From Candidatus Omnitrophota bacterium (lineage in GTDB: Bacteria; Omnitrophota; Gorgyraeia; 2-01-FULL-45-10): a DNA stretch of 64,000 nt. The notes below the pieces were generated by a model. The model had not been told where the DNA came from and did no database searches. It saw only the letters and a program-made list of their open reading frames with translations. A program made the position numbers and the translations under genes. The stretch spans positions 1,856 through 65,855 of the forward strand of contig JAPLME010000011.1 in assembly GCA_026387175.1 (NCBI GenBank), written 5' to 3'. This document shows positions 24,901-27,661 of this stretch, piece after piece (the stretch's first letter is position 1; each line of letters begins with the position of its first letter).

Positions 24901-25032
24901 AAGTCCGCTTCGGACATGACTAATCTTAACAACAGGGTAGAGGAGCTGACCGCGCTGGTTAAAGTTTTGACCAAGATGATTGAAACCACGAATAATAAAC
25001 CGATCGTCGAGGGCTGGTTCGAGCAAGGGTAA
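1..25032 (+). CDS. Giant repetitive surface/adhesin-like protein, 5'-truncated by the window (>8343 aa): beta-helix macro-repeats with inserted beta-propellers, Ig-like domains, C-terminal coiled coils
   Basis: Frame +1 is open from base 1 (HNWFNGTAGNVYWTNASGDGKWSTAANWSTG...), the same motif that starts the repeats at 5281 and 10702, so the GTG at 121 is not the true start. Stop TAA at 25030-25032. T/G/S/N/A-rich composition. Confidence 0.93.
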   Translation, partial: HNWFNGTAGNVYWTNASGDGKWSTAANWSTGVIPQTTDSVVFNATSTTNCSVNQAATVTNLTLDTGYTGTVTLGATSGQDLTVTNSIAINTNGGILVDNGRVVNFKNVAIVSESNHLNSTGNWKQTASGNISAYYPEAFNSLELASGVTATLTNSISVRKVILGSNATITGNTSYRLWISPTADNFITQGTGSNISLPIHITGITSNINQGALNVSGAVFLRDSNNKILTMTGDWNIGTLTIWGTNATGSVVTIDTNGNNLTITGDLAISNGAVNYANQQLGKILFKTGNHTITGDVYILGQGQYTHGYIDFGSSTVNVGGNLDFRYASVTPGTSTVNLTGATTANIYSIVDYTYKDATLDNAVLNTAPFYKLTSTVAGKTVKFEAGKTVTIANNLNLAGTGTGINLLTLNSTTSGTAAKLNVASGATVTGMNYLSVKDSDASSGKGIVASNSTNVSNNTNWFFGAAGSNYWVNNSGDGKWSTAANWSTGSVPTSADNVVLNSASASNCSFDTGVANTTVASLTLDTGYTGTLTLAQGITVTGTLKVTQGTFDAATYNVNAANFTSTGILARTLNLGTGSTWTISGNWDSSGGNITVNPGTSTVTLTGDGTVKACPSVTTFYNLSAAASGMTTTIARDPSKNMWVAGGWGVNNYFAYSSDGITWTGLGTNTCLTTVHNICGNGSKFVAVGTGPSSIAYSTNGITWTGLGTSIFSGNGAFGVCWNGSKFVAVGHGANTIAYSYDGIAWAAAPGSTNIFSINANGADICWNGSKFVAVGDGTNTIAYSSDGINWTGLGTSIFSSYGKSVAWNGTRFIATGSGNSTLAYSSDGITWVGLGTSIFSSYGWGVAWNGTRIIATGAGTNTIAYSSDGITWVGLGSSIFITFGGGICWNGSKFVAGGQSPGSAYSTDGITWTSGGVPMAVGYGVCSIPAPKLVPPILSDDIKVSNNLTLGGGTLTRNGTDQIALTLTSATPTVTLGGSTISSGTIIRYAPAAGSGATTVTIPGGAYSGAKIEAYTKLNYSVAQPQGAVTYQLGGSITSLANLNIYADVGLPATTFSLVNGSNNYNLTSNSLTLGKDEVTNGSVTFNSGSGTVALPSLTNLVPSTNNSGLHTLNLNTSTWNVAGDWDTSGNNIILNPSTSTVNLTDNGILKTNPSTTSFYNLSCAVTGKTTTVARDPSKNMWVAAGEGTNSLAYSSDGITWVGLGTSILSYRGRGVAWNGTRFVATGAGADSLAYSSNGINWTGLGSSIFSGTGRYVAWNGTRFVTVGTGANSIAYSSDGTNWTGVTTTSIFSAYGYGIAWNGTRFVATGSGTNNSIAYSFDGITWTGLGTSIFSSSGTGIAWNGTRFVAVGSGTNSITYSSDGITWTGLGKSIFSVNGYDVAWNGTRFVTVGTGTNCIAYSSDGITWTGLGTSVFSSYGYSIGSCPAPKLTPPVLSDDIPVLNTLTLGGGTLTRNGTDQVALTLRKDTGNFLVLNNSTISNNAIIRFAPLANASSPKTVSIPGGDYGTAQVEAYVQTNNAVAQPQGAISYQLAGNIAGANSLNIYADSNLSTTFGLNSYNLYTATPGLLYLGKDCAQGAVTFNSGAGAVTLAATPLSSIVADNAGSHTLNMNSSTWNISGDWCPEGLTSGTSSSLSVAPSTSTVNITGTGTTTIYGSKTATPSTPFNNLYTPVGGLTDKTIKVNAGSTLQIAGILGLRGQGESSPLNFQSTTAGTAANLNVLGSTANMQYLNVTDSNASGGKKILACSSTIDTYSLNHNWVNGIVGNVYWTNASGDGLWSTAANWSTGAVPVSTDSVVFNATSTTPCSVNQAATVTNLTMDTGYTGTVTLSATSGQDLTVTGSITISTNSGTLVDNGRTVNFKNVSIAYENTPVHLTSTGNWKMISSGTIFGPQDSSKINSLELAAGVTANLLTNCTVNIRNLILGNNSVLTGYYMIIVPTTNNFITQGTGATISATLEICPGDMNQGALTTSGPVKITWGANRTLTMTGDWNIGGYLMVFGSSSFGTTGMMTLDTNGKNLTVGGDLQLGNSDSSYANDFLGKILFKNGTHTIGGKIFVMNGNTPSTCYTHGYFDFGQSTVNVGGNLDFRCASVTPGTSTVNLTGTTAATIYSIVDYAYKDTILDTPVLNTAPFYNLASSAASKIIKFEAGKTVTVANNLSLAGASGNLLTLNSTTAGTAANLNILGTATGMNYLSVKDSNASGGKGIITYNSTNVSNNTNWFFGTAGNNYWLNASGDGLWSTPANWSTGIVPVSGDNVYFNTTSTSDCSFDTGATNTTVASLTLDTNYTGTLTLAQGITVTGTLKVTQGTFDAATYNVNAANFTSTGALARTLNLGTGSTWTIAGNWDSSGGNITVNPGTSTVTLTGTGTVKACPSVTTFYNLSAAASGKTTTIARDPSKNIWVATGVGANTLAYSSDGTNWTGLGSSIFSGNGYGAAWNGTHFVATGYGTNSLAHSYDGIIWTGLGTSIFSTQGLGICWNGTKFVAVGEGTNTIAYSSNGITWTGLSSSIFSVFGDGVAWNGTRFVAVGYGTNSITYSPDGITWTGVTGKSIFSDYGMNIAWNGTRFVAVGQGTNSLAYSSDGIIWIGLGTSIFSTSGRGVAWNGTRFVAVGWGTNSIAYSSDGITWTGLGYSGLSSHGNSVAWNGTSFVAIGLGTNNIAYSSDGITWTGVTGTSIFSVNGVGVASCLAPKLTPPILSDGIKITNGLTLNGGTLTRNSTDQVALSLTSNTPTLTLGSSTISNSAIIRYAPVATSGATTVTIPGGAYSGAKIEAYSKTNYGVTQPQGSITYKLGGSITSAANLNIYADVGLPSTTFSLVNGASNYNLTSTSLTIGKDEVTNGTITFNSGSGTVALASLTNLVPSTNNSGLHTLNLNTSTWNVAGDWDTSGNNIILNPSTSTVNLTGSGTLKTSPNTTSFYNLSCAASGKTTTVARDPSKNIWVAAGQGTNSLAYSYDGINWVGLGINIFAINGYGACWNGSKFIVVGQGTNTLAYSSDGINWTGLGTSIFSTRGYGIAWNGTRFVAGGGGVNFLAYSSDGTTWTGLGTSVFSTAGYGVAWNGTCFVSVGSGTNSIAYSSDGITWTGLGTSVFSTAGNGVAWNGTRFVAVGYGTTSPGTNSIAYSSDGITWTGLGTSIFSTGIGYGVAWNGTRFIATGGGTNSLGYSSDGIIWTGQAVFLSQGNGVCWNGSKFVAVGYAGGTNSIAYSSDGIIWTGLGSSIFSYYGRSVCSSSAPKLTPPILSDDIPVLNTLTLGGGTLTRNGTDQVALTLRKDTGNFLVLNNSTISNNAIIRFAPLANATSAKTVSIPGGDYGTAQLEAYVQTNNAVDQPQGPISYQLAGNIAGANSLNIYADSNLSTTFGLNSYNLYTATPGLLYLGKDCARGAVTFNSGAGAVTLAATPLSSIVADNAGAHTLNMNSSTWNISGDWCPESQTSGTSSALSVVPGTSTVNITGTGATTIYGSKTATPSTPLYNLYTPSGGLVDKVIKVNAGSTLQIAGTLRLQGQNSGSPLYFQSTALGTPASLNLQGSAVSMQYLVVKDSDATSGKKILAYDSTIDTYSLNHNWIGGTVGIVYWTNASGDGLWSTAANWSTGAVPVSTDSVIFNVVSGSSPTSNCSVNQAVTVANLTLDTGYTGTVILSSTSGQDLTVTGSININTNGGALNDNGRNVNFVNASIVNEGNRLYSNGNWKMTANGNIKNANGGNIFNKTFEVGAGVTATLTSDIWTKGLILGNNAVVTGGSTIVFYYPPNDFIAQGAGSVISSTIDIDLSGNRSQGALTTTSSVNFYWHTATLTMTDNWHIGGYLSIYSGSSGATAILDTNGKNLTVDGNLYLGNTVYYGQILFKTGTHTIGGNMYVNQSGSPSHGYFDFGSSTVNVAGNVDFRYASVKPGTSTIVFTGTNAATIRALTSDDTSFDALSLNNTAPFYKLTSTVAGKTINFEAGKTVTVANNLTLAGTGMGANLLTLNSTVAGTTANLNVAGTATGMNYLSVKDSDASIGKGIVAYNSTNVSNNTNWYFGASGNNYWLNASGDGKWSTPTNWSTGIVPTLGDNVYFNTTSTSNCSFDTGVVNTSVNSLTLDTGYTGTLTLAKNITVTTALTVTQGTFNAATYNVNAANFTSTGALARALNLGTGSIWTISGNWDSSGGNITVNPGTSTVTLTGDGTVKACPSVTTFYNLSAAASGKTTTIARDPSKNIWVAGGYNPNSAAYSVNEGVNWTKSSSLASILDQACQGIAWNGTRFVAMGSTSNSIAYSSDGVTWIAAPNSKNIFSTRGYGIAWNGTRWVGVGGGINSIAYSSDGIIWTGLGTISTNIFSIYGTNIAWNGNRFVAVGNGTNNTLAYSSDGITWTGLGTSVFSSNGRGLAWNGTRFVATGSGTNSIAYSSDGINWIGLGTSVFSNNGTSVAWNGTRFVATGSGTNSIAYSSDGINWTGLGTVSTNIFSIYGTNIAWNGNRFVAVGYSGGGTSVAYSSDGIIWTAATVSGIFSGDGYAIASSPAPKLTPPILSDDIKVSNALTLGGGTLTRNGTDVVALTLTSATPTVTLGGSTISNNAIIRYAPVAGASDTIVNIPGGAYSGARIEAYTKRNGSITQPQGALTYRLGGSITSAASLNIYADVGLPATIFNLYDGSNSYNLASSGLILGKDEVTNGNITLNSGTGTVALNSLTGLVPSTNNSGSHILNLNSSTWNVAGDWDTSGNNIVLNPGTSTVNLTDTGTIKTSPNTTSFYNLSAAANGKTTTVARDPSKNIWVAVGNGANTIAYSSDGITWTGLGAGILSSYSYGVCWNGSKFVAVGQGTNSIAYSSDGIIWTGVTVHSVFSTNGRGVCWNGSKFVAVGQGTNSIAYSSDGIIWTGLGTSIFSYGYNVCWNGSKFVAVGGSINSIAYSSDGIIWTGLGAGIFSPYSHGVCWNGSKFVAVGEGNNTIAYSSDGITWTGLGYSIFSPYGHGIAWNGSKFVAVGGSINSIAYSSDGITWTGLGTSSFLYGRGVCSILTPKLTPPVLSDDIPVLNTLILGGGTLTRNGTDQVALTLRNNDSDSLALNSSTISNNAIIRFAPPAPGAMDGVAEPITVTIPAGNYGTAQVEAYAQFNNSVDQPQGVISYKLAGDITAAGSLNIYADAGLPATTFSLNDGANNYNLYSSTPGLIYLGKDCAQGAVTFNSGSGTVNVTSFGIIPNNAGSHTVNLNSSTWNISGDWQPEGEGNSASNLNAGTSTFHYIGTGAATLYGLKSGPNINTMPFYNLTSTAAGKTLNFEAGKTVKIANNISLTGGSSKMLLRSTSTGSYWNINVAPAATATFMSYLDVKDSDASSGNTIAATACIGSTQHNLNWTFSTGGAAIWIADGAKNWSDATAWSTVSVPTTTGTAEILFTGDHKGACTINAAANVKSINILSGYTGTITQAGTVTAGSGGYAQADGVFNCGGQAVNVNGPFTLSGGTFDAANSTIAITGGNINLSGGAFAPVASTVTLSGTCAINSDIPALNIMTFNPGTYTIAAGKTISAPANSLLSFAGTGTSNMVTLRSSAPGTRWNLANASGSTVTPVYTDVMDSNASNLISAANSKDSGNNINWVCTGTLTNASVLPASLVAGVSGNVTVNFTTVNPIPNNGKIVVTLPSNFTFNSGGATAVSGAPTGIDGNFSVSVEGPSAIITRSGGTSAGAGAKSIILTNIKNPTAPCTTGTYSIATRTSADASIDSLTGIAGSVITAASVTSWDLNMNAGTLTLNFNAGITAASLAATGITIQNTIASPSASYTLTDSTTASSNGTAITITLSDTDRNTIKATANLAKAQNSSCLSITSAAFMDLYNNPITAITGSLAMNVTNYTTDITAPGLSSWTLDMNTHMVEMTFNEPVAISSFDQTKFTIQDDSGHAYTLAASNNTYIEDPYDNMLAGGYAIGSTNNMKLRIKLTTKDFNALVDDANIAKARSSSYLVIATESGVRDKATLANALAAIPATNAASYTANSVVAAQFYVTTSSYATATTLTAGTFKDIVIKAYDNLGYRTPAYTGDKTVVFSDAGLSADQIAPKAKDKNNVSIVFGTGTTIAFTNGRGTSTITLYKKEVVLIKATVGAITTADNYSLTVTVNPDVKAKLVFTTQPSATGIINSALTQQPVVVIRDQYGNRTADTDEIQINASTAGIFFNPAAGTLSATSNPLAAVDGEAVFAGVKYNIAETIYIYASSGNLAGAYSGAIELSSGVSTTVEAAAQPQASFPLIPTNDIETEKFTVLKFKIKDAGDDGTPTLIDRIKIAITGTAQPSASTDIAWAELRANNGGDHQVTFVAGPSGFEVDGSTTYIVFGNEPDARSDSTLGAIAADGTIPDGGEIEYTVKIYMKPSKLTATDKQGYNFTTNESLIGVDMGVSSRMTTDSGKITPVVGQITVNVSNFEIVDQTPPNNAAINVIAGIASYLQVRATDSNKNIDIDYAGVKSLIFSGLSSINGYTPTIGTTTKVTFGAPTSINFVAGQSYNLTGTAVALTAYAKGTENLRAADYNKTPPPYGVFPCAVTVDSTTANSIGLAAGNNQSGLGGRALSNPLAAIVRDLYGNPVNSGTAVTFAVSSEPAGTTTHAGLDTPTTSTGSNGQASTHLTLGNAKGTYQVTATSGSLAGSPVTFSASARVPATLYIFGGNHQSAVVATQLPLALVVQLLDSETIPQPIAGETINFAIKAQPTGAGSFLSSSTAVTDAEGKAQVPQILFTLGMIAGTDAYEVRATYSNLTPADFTATAAPSPAYKAVLDGPASVNAGIVATFSINIKDTYDNASTIATTPMAFNITATPSLGAFYSDAACTSAPITTMTVPGGSSTATFYFKSSVTGTANIAATTTDVRLDADHRVGSITGFTVMPESLHHFTVTAANTDPMTVGEPRTLSIKARDIYDNVKTDLNATFNVTFSGATVSPSPSSAALGTAPTCSGHGSEAVGANITGTPVAFGQSTSISFANGAATTIFTPYKAEAAQITATSGITTPTPLSLTVKHGAAHHLKFHDNILSPQTAGTAFNFDTTLDAVDLYSNICDGANLAPAYNGTGKTIGWPLVDAATGNSGIVNGPETGTDAYTNPVDFTSGRSTTPLSATLYYAQTIKIAPSVTGLSAGTPSNSIVVRPAVPNRIRFTQQPSTSCLANQTLGQQPCVAISDQYGNICVNTPGQITLKASTTRDSYTSVINGVLRPASGLFVATSGGVATFTGVNYTYPEIIYLRAQASVSGYPYIADIYSNGINVVAGTDLTVSAVSANPTVSSIANASTDKTAVFAFKITDAGTDGLVGLIKKIVINRSDAYEALDWTQYIKDAVLSDGTVEIAGAIEANAITFGTGTANIYTVPNNANRTYTLSITIKNSLPAGADGKILGFTINARDDITLNDAGTSVFADVVDPVTAGSAIDVVATNLVINGDSNMDAGTPKNITITAKDKNNNIDKDFDDHGVGTRVIFSGASVVQSDRDYGPTCTDYTGSGKAFGEPTSIYFASGVSTSTITMYLYKAETATILASAAYLGHQVVSSSTGQGRLMVTVRGGTGSQLSWSTKPAVKAVADAPWKAFIVAVIDAYGNTASDDREITVSIPDGLSLSPGASNKATANGGVATFDHYAVRAPADAAYPKYFTVTASAGGISTPESDQVTLDKEYKIYITVKDTTNATTLTGFTFTVKDTNGVDKIPETTPAPPYPFMISLPYGTYTFIYNLDKYVTLSPEKAVSVASDASDGKYDNVINWTEYMTSLTEATADYRVMSSFAYDEDNESLAIRIWLERRGKLIVNNDVNKMGPATIEAYEPNETALNVINIGAPDPNPDSDGNYSTIGATYKTTVDNILLSKGPSNLFGKALEAGKTYFVKCKISYGGLGTDGVYGSTYEGGTTFTVTVSQKLTKQIITQLGVAAGQTVVGEIAKTQTAVAAVSTRVDTKAAEVGAKVETVGTQVAAANANVSNVGSQVTNVQSSAASILEGVNTTLPTKVVSELAKGVMSEMLTRNTVLRADDSIKIRYRTASGLVPTMTIYKEDGTILPDYNGVKMKEISNTGIYEYEVTAKEDWGAGEFTAACSESTKNSKDSMTLTIKALYTAGAGVQESVDAVGDAVSKVYTRQKAIEGLLGSSVDTKAATTIFGKVNGLNTTVDSLNLTTVSADAKNARTNAQNVANEIENIVKSVGDMKAQAASLKELSNQLELMKSSLSKISQNTTVITSTPAAPATTSFDGGATTASSGGGTATAVSGGTTTIIASTAAPVSTTESGSIIMQGTPGAPRPGLYSKNYPPGTYRTKVSVSEGAVTVAEYNDAGSVYSTERRIYDGQSTVVVSTIGKATGTGTGAGGKSASDMTNLNNRVEELTALVKVLTKMIETTNNKPIVEGWFEQG
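1927..14985 (+). repeat. Six blocks of ~40-42-aa Asp-box/BNR-like repeats (predicted beta-propellers): 1927-2787, 3547-4281, 7216-8073, 8833-9702, 12604-13500, 14260-14985
   Basis: Consensus (A/C)WNG(T/S)(R/K)FVAxGxGTNSIAYSSDGITWTGLGTSIFS. Counting YSxDGxxW motifs gives 7, 6, 7, 7, 7 and 6 copies. Confidence 0.85.
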
Positions 25033-25053
25033 TCTAAAAACGAGGATTTATAT

Positions 25054-26415
25054 ATGACAAGACGAAGAATGAAAATCATAGGCATATTATTGCTGCTTAT
25101 TTTCATCTCAAGCGCGGGTTACGCGGATGTTAAGCTGAAGATAGCCATTGTCAACCCATCCCCGACAGATAGACAGACCTCACCCATAAGGTACGACCTT
25201 CCTAAGGGTATCGGCCCGGAACAGGTTATCGATATAGGCAAGCTGGAGATGAAATATGATTTTGACAAGGGCAATTATTACCTTGCCGGCACCGTGACGC
25301 TCGAAGCGTCGGAGAGGAAGGTCCTCGAGATAGCGATCCGCGATGTCTGGGGCATCCCGGAAAAAGACCTGGATAATTTAAAGAGCCACACGGATATGTT
25401 GGTGAAAAGGCTGAAGGATACAAAGCATTTCAAAGCCGGCGCCGAACTCTCTAAAAATATTATCAAACAGCTGGACACCATGATCACGGAAGAGAAAACG
25501 GCCGGCGCGAATACGCGGGAGCGTATAAACCAGTACTATGAGAATGAGGTGGTCCTGAGCGAGGTCAAAGAAAATATAGGCATGCTCGAAAACCTGGTCC
25601 TTGACGCGGGCGGCGTCGTAGAGGACAGGGTCCAGATACCTACCACCCTCGCGATTCCTTTAAGGGGGGAATCTCTCTCGAGCGACAAAGATATTATCGA
25701 ATTAAAAATAAAGGCGGTTAACCCATCGACAAAAACAAAACAGATCACGCCGGTAAGATATTCCCTGCCGGCCGAAATAAGCCCCAGATATATAATGGAC
25801 AGAAACGGCCTTAATATGGCCTACGATTTTGATAAACAATGCTTTTACCTTTACCAGGACGATTTGGAGCTGGGCCCGGAGCAGTCCAAGGAGTATGTAG
25901 TAAAGATAAGAGACATATGGAATATATCAGATACAGAATTGGAAGCGCTCAGGTCGCATACCGATAATATAATGCTGCTTCTCCAGGGCACCGACTATTT
26001 AAAGCAAGCGCAGGTCTCCGCGGATAAGGTCAGCGCCAATATTGACGATATAGTCAGGACTCAAGCCGCCAAGGTTTCGGCCATGGAACATATAGCCTAT
26101 TACCGCGATAATGTAAAGTTACTGCGGGACGTTAAAAAGATGATAGCCGAACTGGAAAAGCTTGTCAGCCAGAGAGGTGTGACTGCCGGCGTTACGGTGA
26201 AGTGGCCGGAAGAAGGCGGAGGAGGGCCGCTGGCAAGAAGGGCCAAGGGCTATAAAGGGTTGGACCTGATAGCTAAATCCATCTTCAGGGGGCAGGCCCC
26301 TACGGTTGCCACCACCTGGAAGGTAATTTTTGTAATAATCGGTTTCATAGGAATTATTGCCGCATTTTTCTTCGCGGTATGGTATATTCAACTGAAGAGG
26401 GCGGGGAAGAAATAA
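25054..26415 (+). CDS. Hypothetical exported protein with internal tandem duplication and C-terminal membrane anchor
   Basis: Signal peptide (MKIIGILLLLIFISSAGYA|D). Two ~160-aa homologous halves (VNPS...P(I/V)RYxLP...YDFDK...IRD(V/I)W...SHTD...YYxxN...LExLV). C-terminal TM helix followed by KRAGKK. GAGG RBS at 25042. Confidence 0.85.
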   Translation: MTRRRMKIIGILLLLIFISSAGYADVKLKIAIVNPSPTDRQTSPIRYDLPKGIGPEQVIDIGKLEMKYDFDKGNYYLAGTVTLEASERKVLEIAIRDVWGIPEKDLDNLKSHTDMLVKRLKDTKHFKAGAELSKNIIKQLDTMITEEKTAGANTRERINQYYENEVVLSEVKENIGMLENLVLDAGGVVEDRVQIPTTLAIPLRGESLSSDKDIIELKIKAVNPSTKTKQITPVRYSLPAEISPRYIMDRNGLNMAYDFDKQCFYLYQDDLELGPEQSKEYVVKIRDIWNISDTELEALRSHTDNIMLLLQGTDYLKQAQVSADKVSANIDDIVRTQAAKVSAMEHIAYYRDNVKLLRDVKKMIAELEKLVSQRGVTAGVTVKWPEEGGGGPLARRAKGYKGLDLIAKSIFRGQAPTVATTWKVIFVIIGFIGIIAAFFFAVWYIQLKRAGKK

Positions 26416-26426
26416 TAAAGGCTGTA

Positions 26427-26660
26427 ATGTTTAAAGCCACAATCGTAACTCCCAATAAAGTATTGTTCGATGGTGAGGCCTGGAGCGTTTTTTTGCCCGG
26501 GGCTACCGGTGAGTTTGAAATTCTGGAGATGCATAAGGCGATCGTGAGCCTTTTGCGTCAGGGAAATATTGTGATTAACTGGGATATAGAGATACCGGTA
26601 ACCAGCGGCGCGGTCAGGATGTCCGGCGATGAGCTGGTGGCGATAGTAGAGTCAGATTAG
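26427..26660 (+). CDS. atpC: F-type ATPase epsilon subunit, N-terminal beta-sandwich only (77 aa)
   Basis: IVTP...V.LPG..GEFEIL..H...VSLL..G motif. ATG at 26427 chosen because the ORF-track start at 26379 overlaps the upstream gene. No C-terminal helical hairpin. Confidence 0.85.
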   Translation: MFKATIVTPNKVLFDGEAWSVFLPGATGEFEILEMHKAIVSLLRQGNIVINWDIEIPVTSGAVRMSGDELVAIVESD

Positions 26661-26662
26661 AG

Positions 26663-26689
26663 CAGCTTTCAGCAAAAAACTGATAGCTG
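26663..26689 (+). promoter_or_regulatory. Intergenic hairpin, copy 1 (CAGCTTTCAG-N7-CTGATAGCTG), just before the atpF RBS
   Basis: 10-bp inverted repeat with 1 mismatch and no U-tract. Near-identical to 31454-31477. Confidence 0.6.
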
Positions 26690-26705
26690 TAACAAGGAGT
26701 CATAA

Positions 26706-27422
26706 ATGGTATTCCAACTAGTCGTAGTCCAGATAGTGACCTTCATCGCTATCGTCTTTGTGTTGAGGAAATTGTTATATTCCGAATCCGCCAAAGAGAT
26801 GCTCCGCTTGCGGAAGATCAAGGAAGAGACCGCGGTGAAGCAGAGAGAGCTGCAGCAAAAGATCGACGAAGCGCAGGATGCTTACAGCGAAAAGATCGCC
26901 GAAGCGGAACAGAAGACGCGGGCATTCCGTATTAAAGCGGAAGAAGAGATCGAGGAATTAAAGAAGAAGATATTGAGCAAGGCCAAAGAGGATGCCGAGC
27001 AGATAGTGAAATCCGCTTTCAATGCCAAAGAGAAGATCCGCGAAGAGATCGGCGAAGAGATGCGTAAGAAGGCGCCTCTCCTTGCCTCGCGGGTTTTTAA
27101 GGAAGTCCTTTCTCCGGAGGTCCAGGAGATGATGCATAAGGAATTAGTCAGGGATGTGATAGATAAGATAAGGAATACCGAGAAGACGGCCTTTAAGTCC
27201 AAAATCGAGAAGGGGGAGATCGTTTCGGCGTATCCTTTATCGAAAAACGATAAGCTCGTGGTGGAGTCTCTTATACACGATAGCCTCGGATACCAGATCC
27301 CTTTATATGAAACAGAAGACAGCCAGCTTGTAGCGGGCGTCCTTATCAAGCTGGGCACCATTTTAATAGACGGGAGCCTGAATAACAGGCTTAAACAGGT
27401 CGAGAGGGAGTTGGAATTTTAG
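26706..27422 (+). CDS. atpF: F-type ATPase b subunit fused to a delta C-terminal-like domain (N-ATPase-style AtpF)
   Basis: N-terminal TM (QIVTFIAIVFVLRKLLY), long charged coiled coil, and a C-terminal SAYPL...LVAGVLIKLG...IDGSL segment typical of the delta C-domain. Confidence 0.8.
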   Translation: MVFQLVVVQIVTFIAIVFVLRKLLYSESAKEMLRLRKIKEETAVKQRELQQKIDEAQDAYSEKIAEAEQKTRAFRIKAEEEIEELKKKILSKAKEDAEQIVKSAFNAKEKIREEIGEEMRKKAPLLASRVFKEVLSPEVQEMMHKELVRDVIDKIRNTEKTAFKSKIEKGEIVSAYPLSKNDKLVVESLIHDSLGYQIPLYETEDSQLVAGVLIKLGTILIDGSLNNRLKQVERELEF

Positions 27423-27434
27423 AGAGGCGCTGAT

Positions 27435-27647
27435 ATGCGAAATCTTATAATAATTCTGGTGATGTTCGTTACGATACTCGGGCCCTCAGCGGTCATCGCG
27501 GCCATAGGCTTTGCCTCGATAAACGCTTTGGGAAGGAACCCGTCATCCGCTCCGAAGATATTAAGCGCGATGATAGTTTCCCTGGTATTTGCCGAAGCCA
27601 TCGCGGTGATCGCTCTTCTGGTATTGTTCCAGTTATTTGGGAGGTAA
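27435..27647 (+). CDS. atpE: F-type ATPase c subunit (divergent)
   Basis: Two hydrophobic helices, RNP loop, and Glu54 (FAEAI) at the position of E. coli cD61. Confidence 0.9.
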   Translation: MRNLIIILVMFVTILGPSAVIAAIGFASINALGRNPSSAPKILSAMIVSLVFAEAIAVIALLVLFQLFGR

Positions 27648-27661
27648 GGCAAACCGCTATA

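Noticed and set aside
25054-26415. 453-aa protein as the missing ATPase subunit a
   Set aside because: It is mostly hydrophilic, with only a signal peptide and one TM helix.
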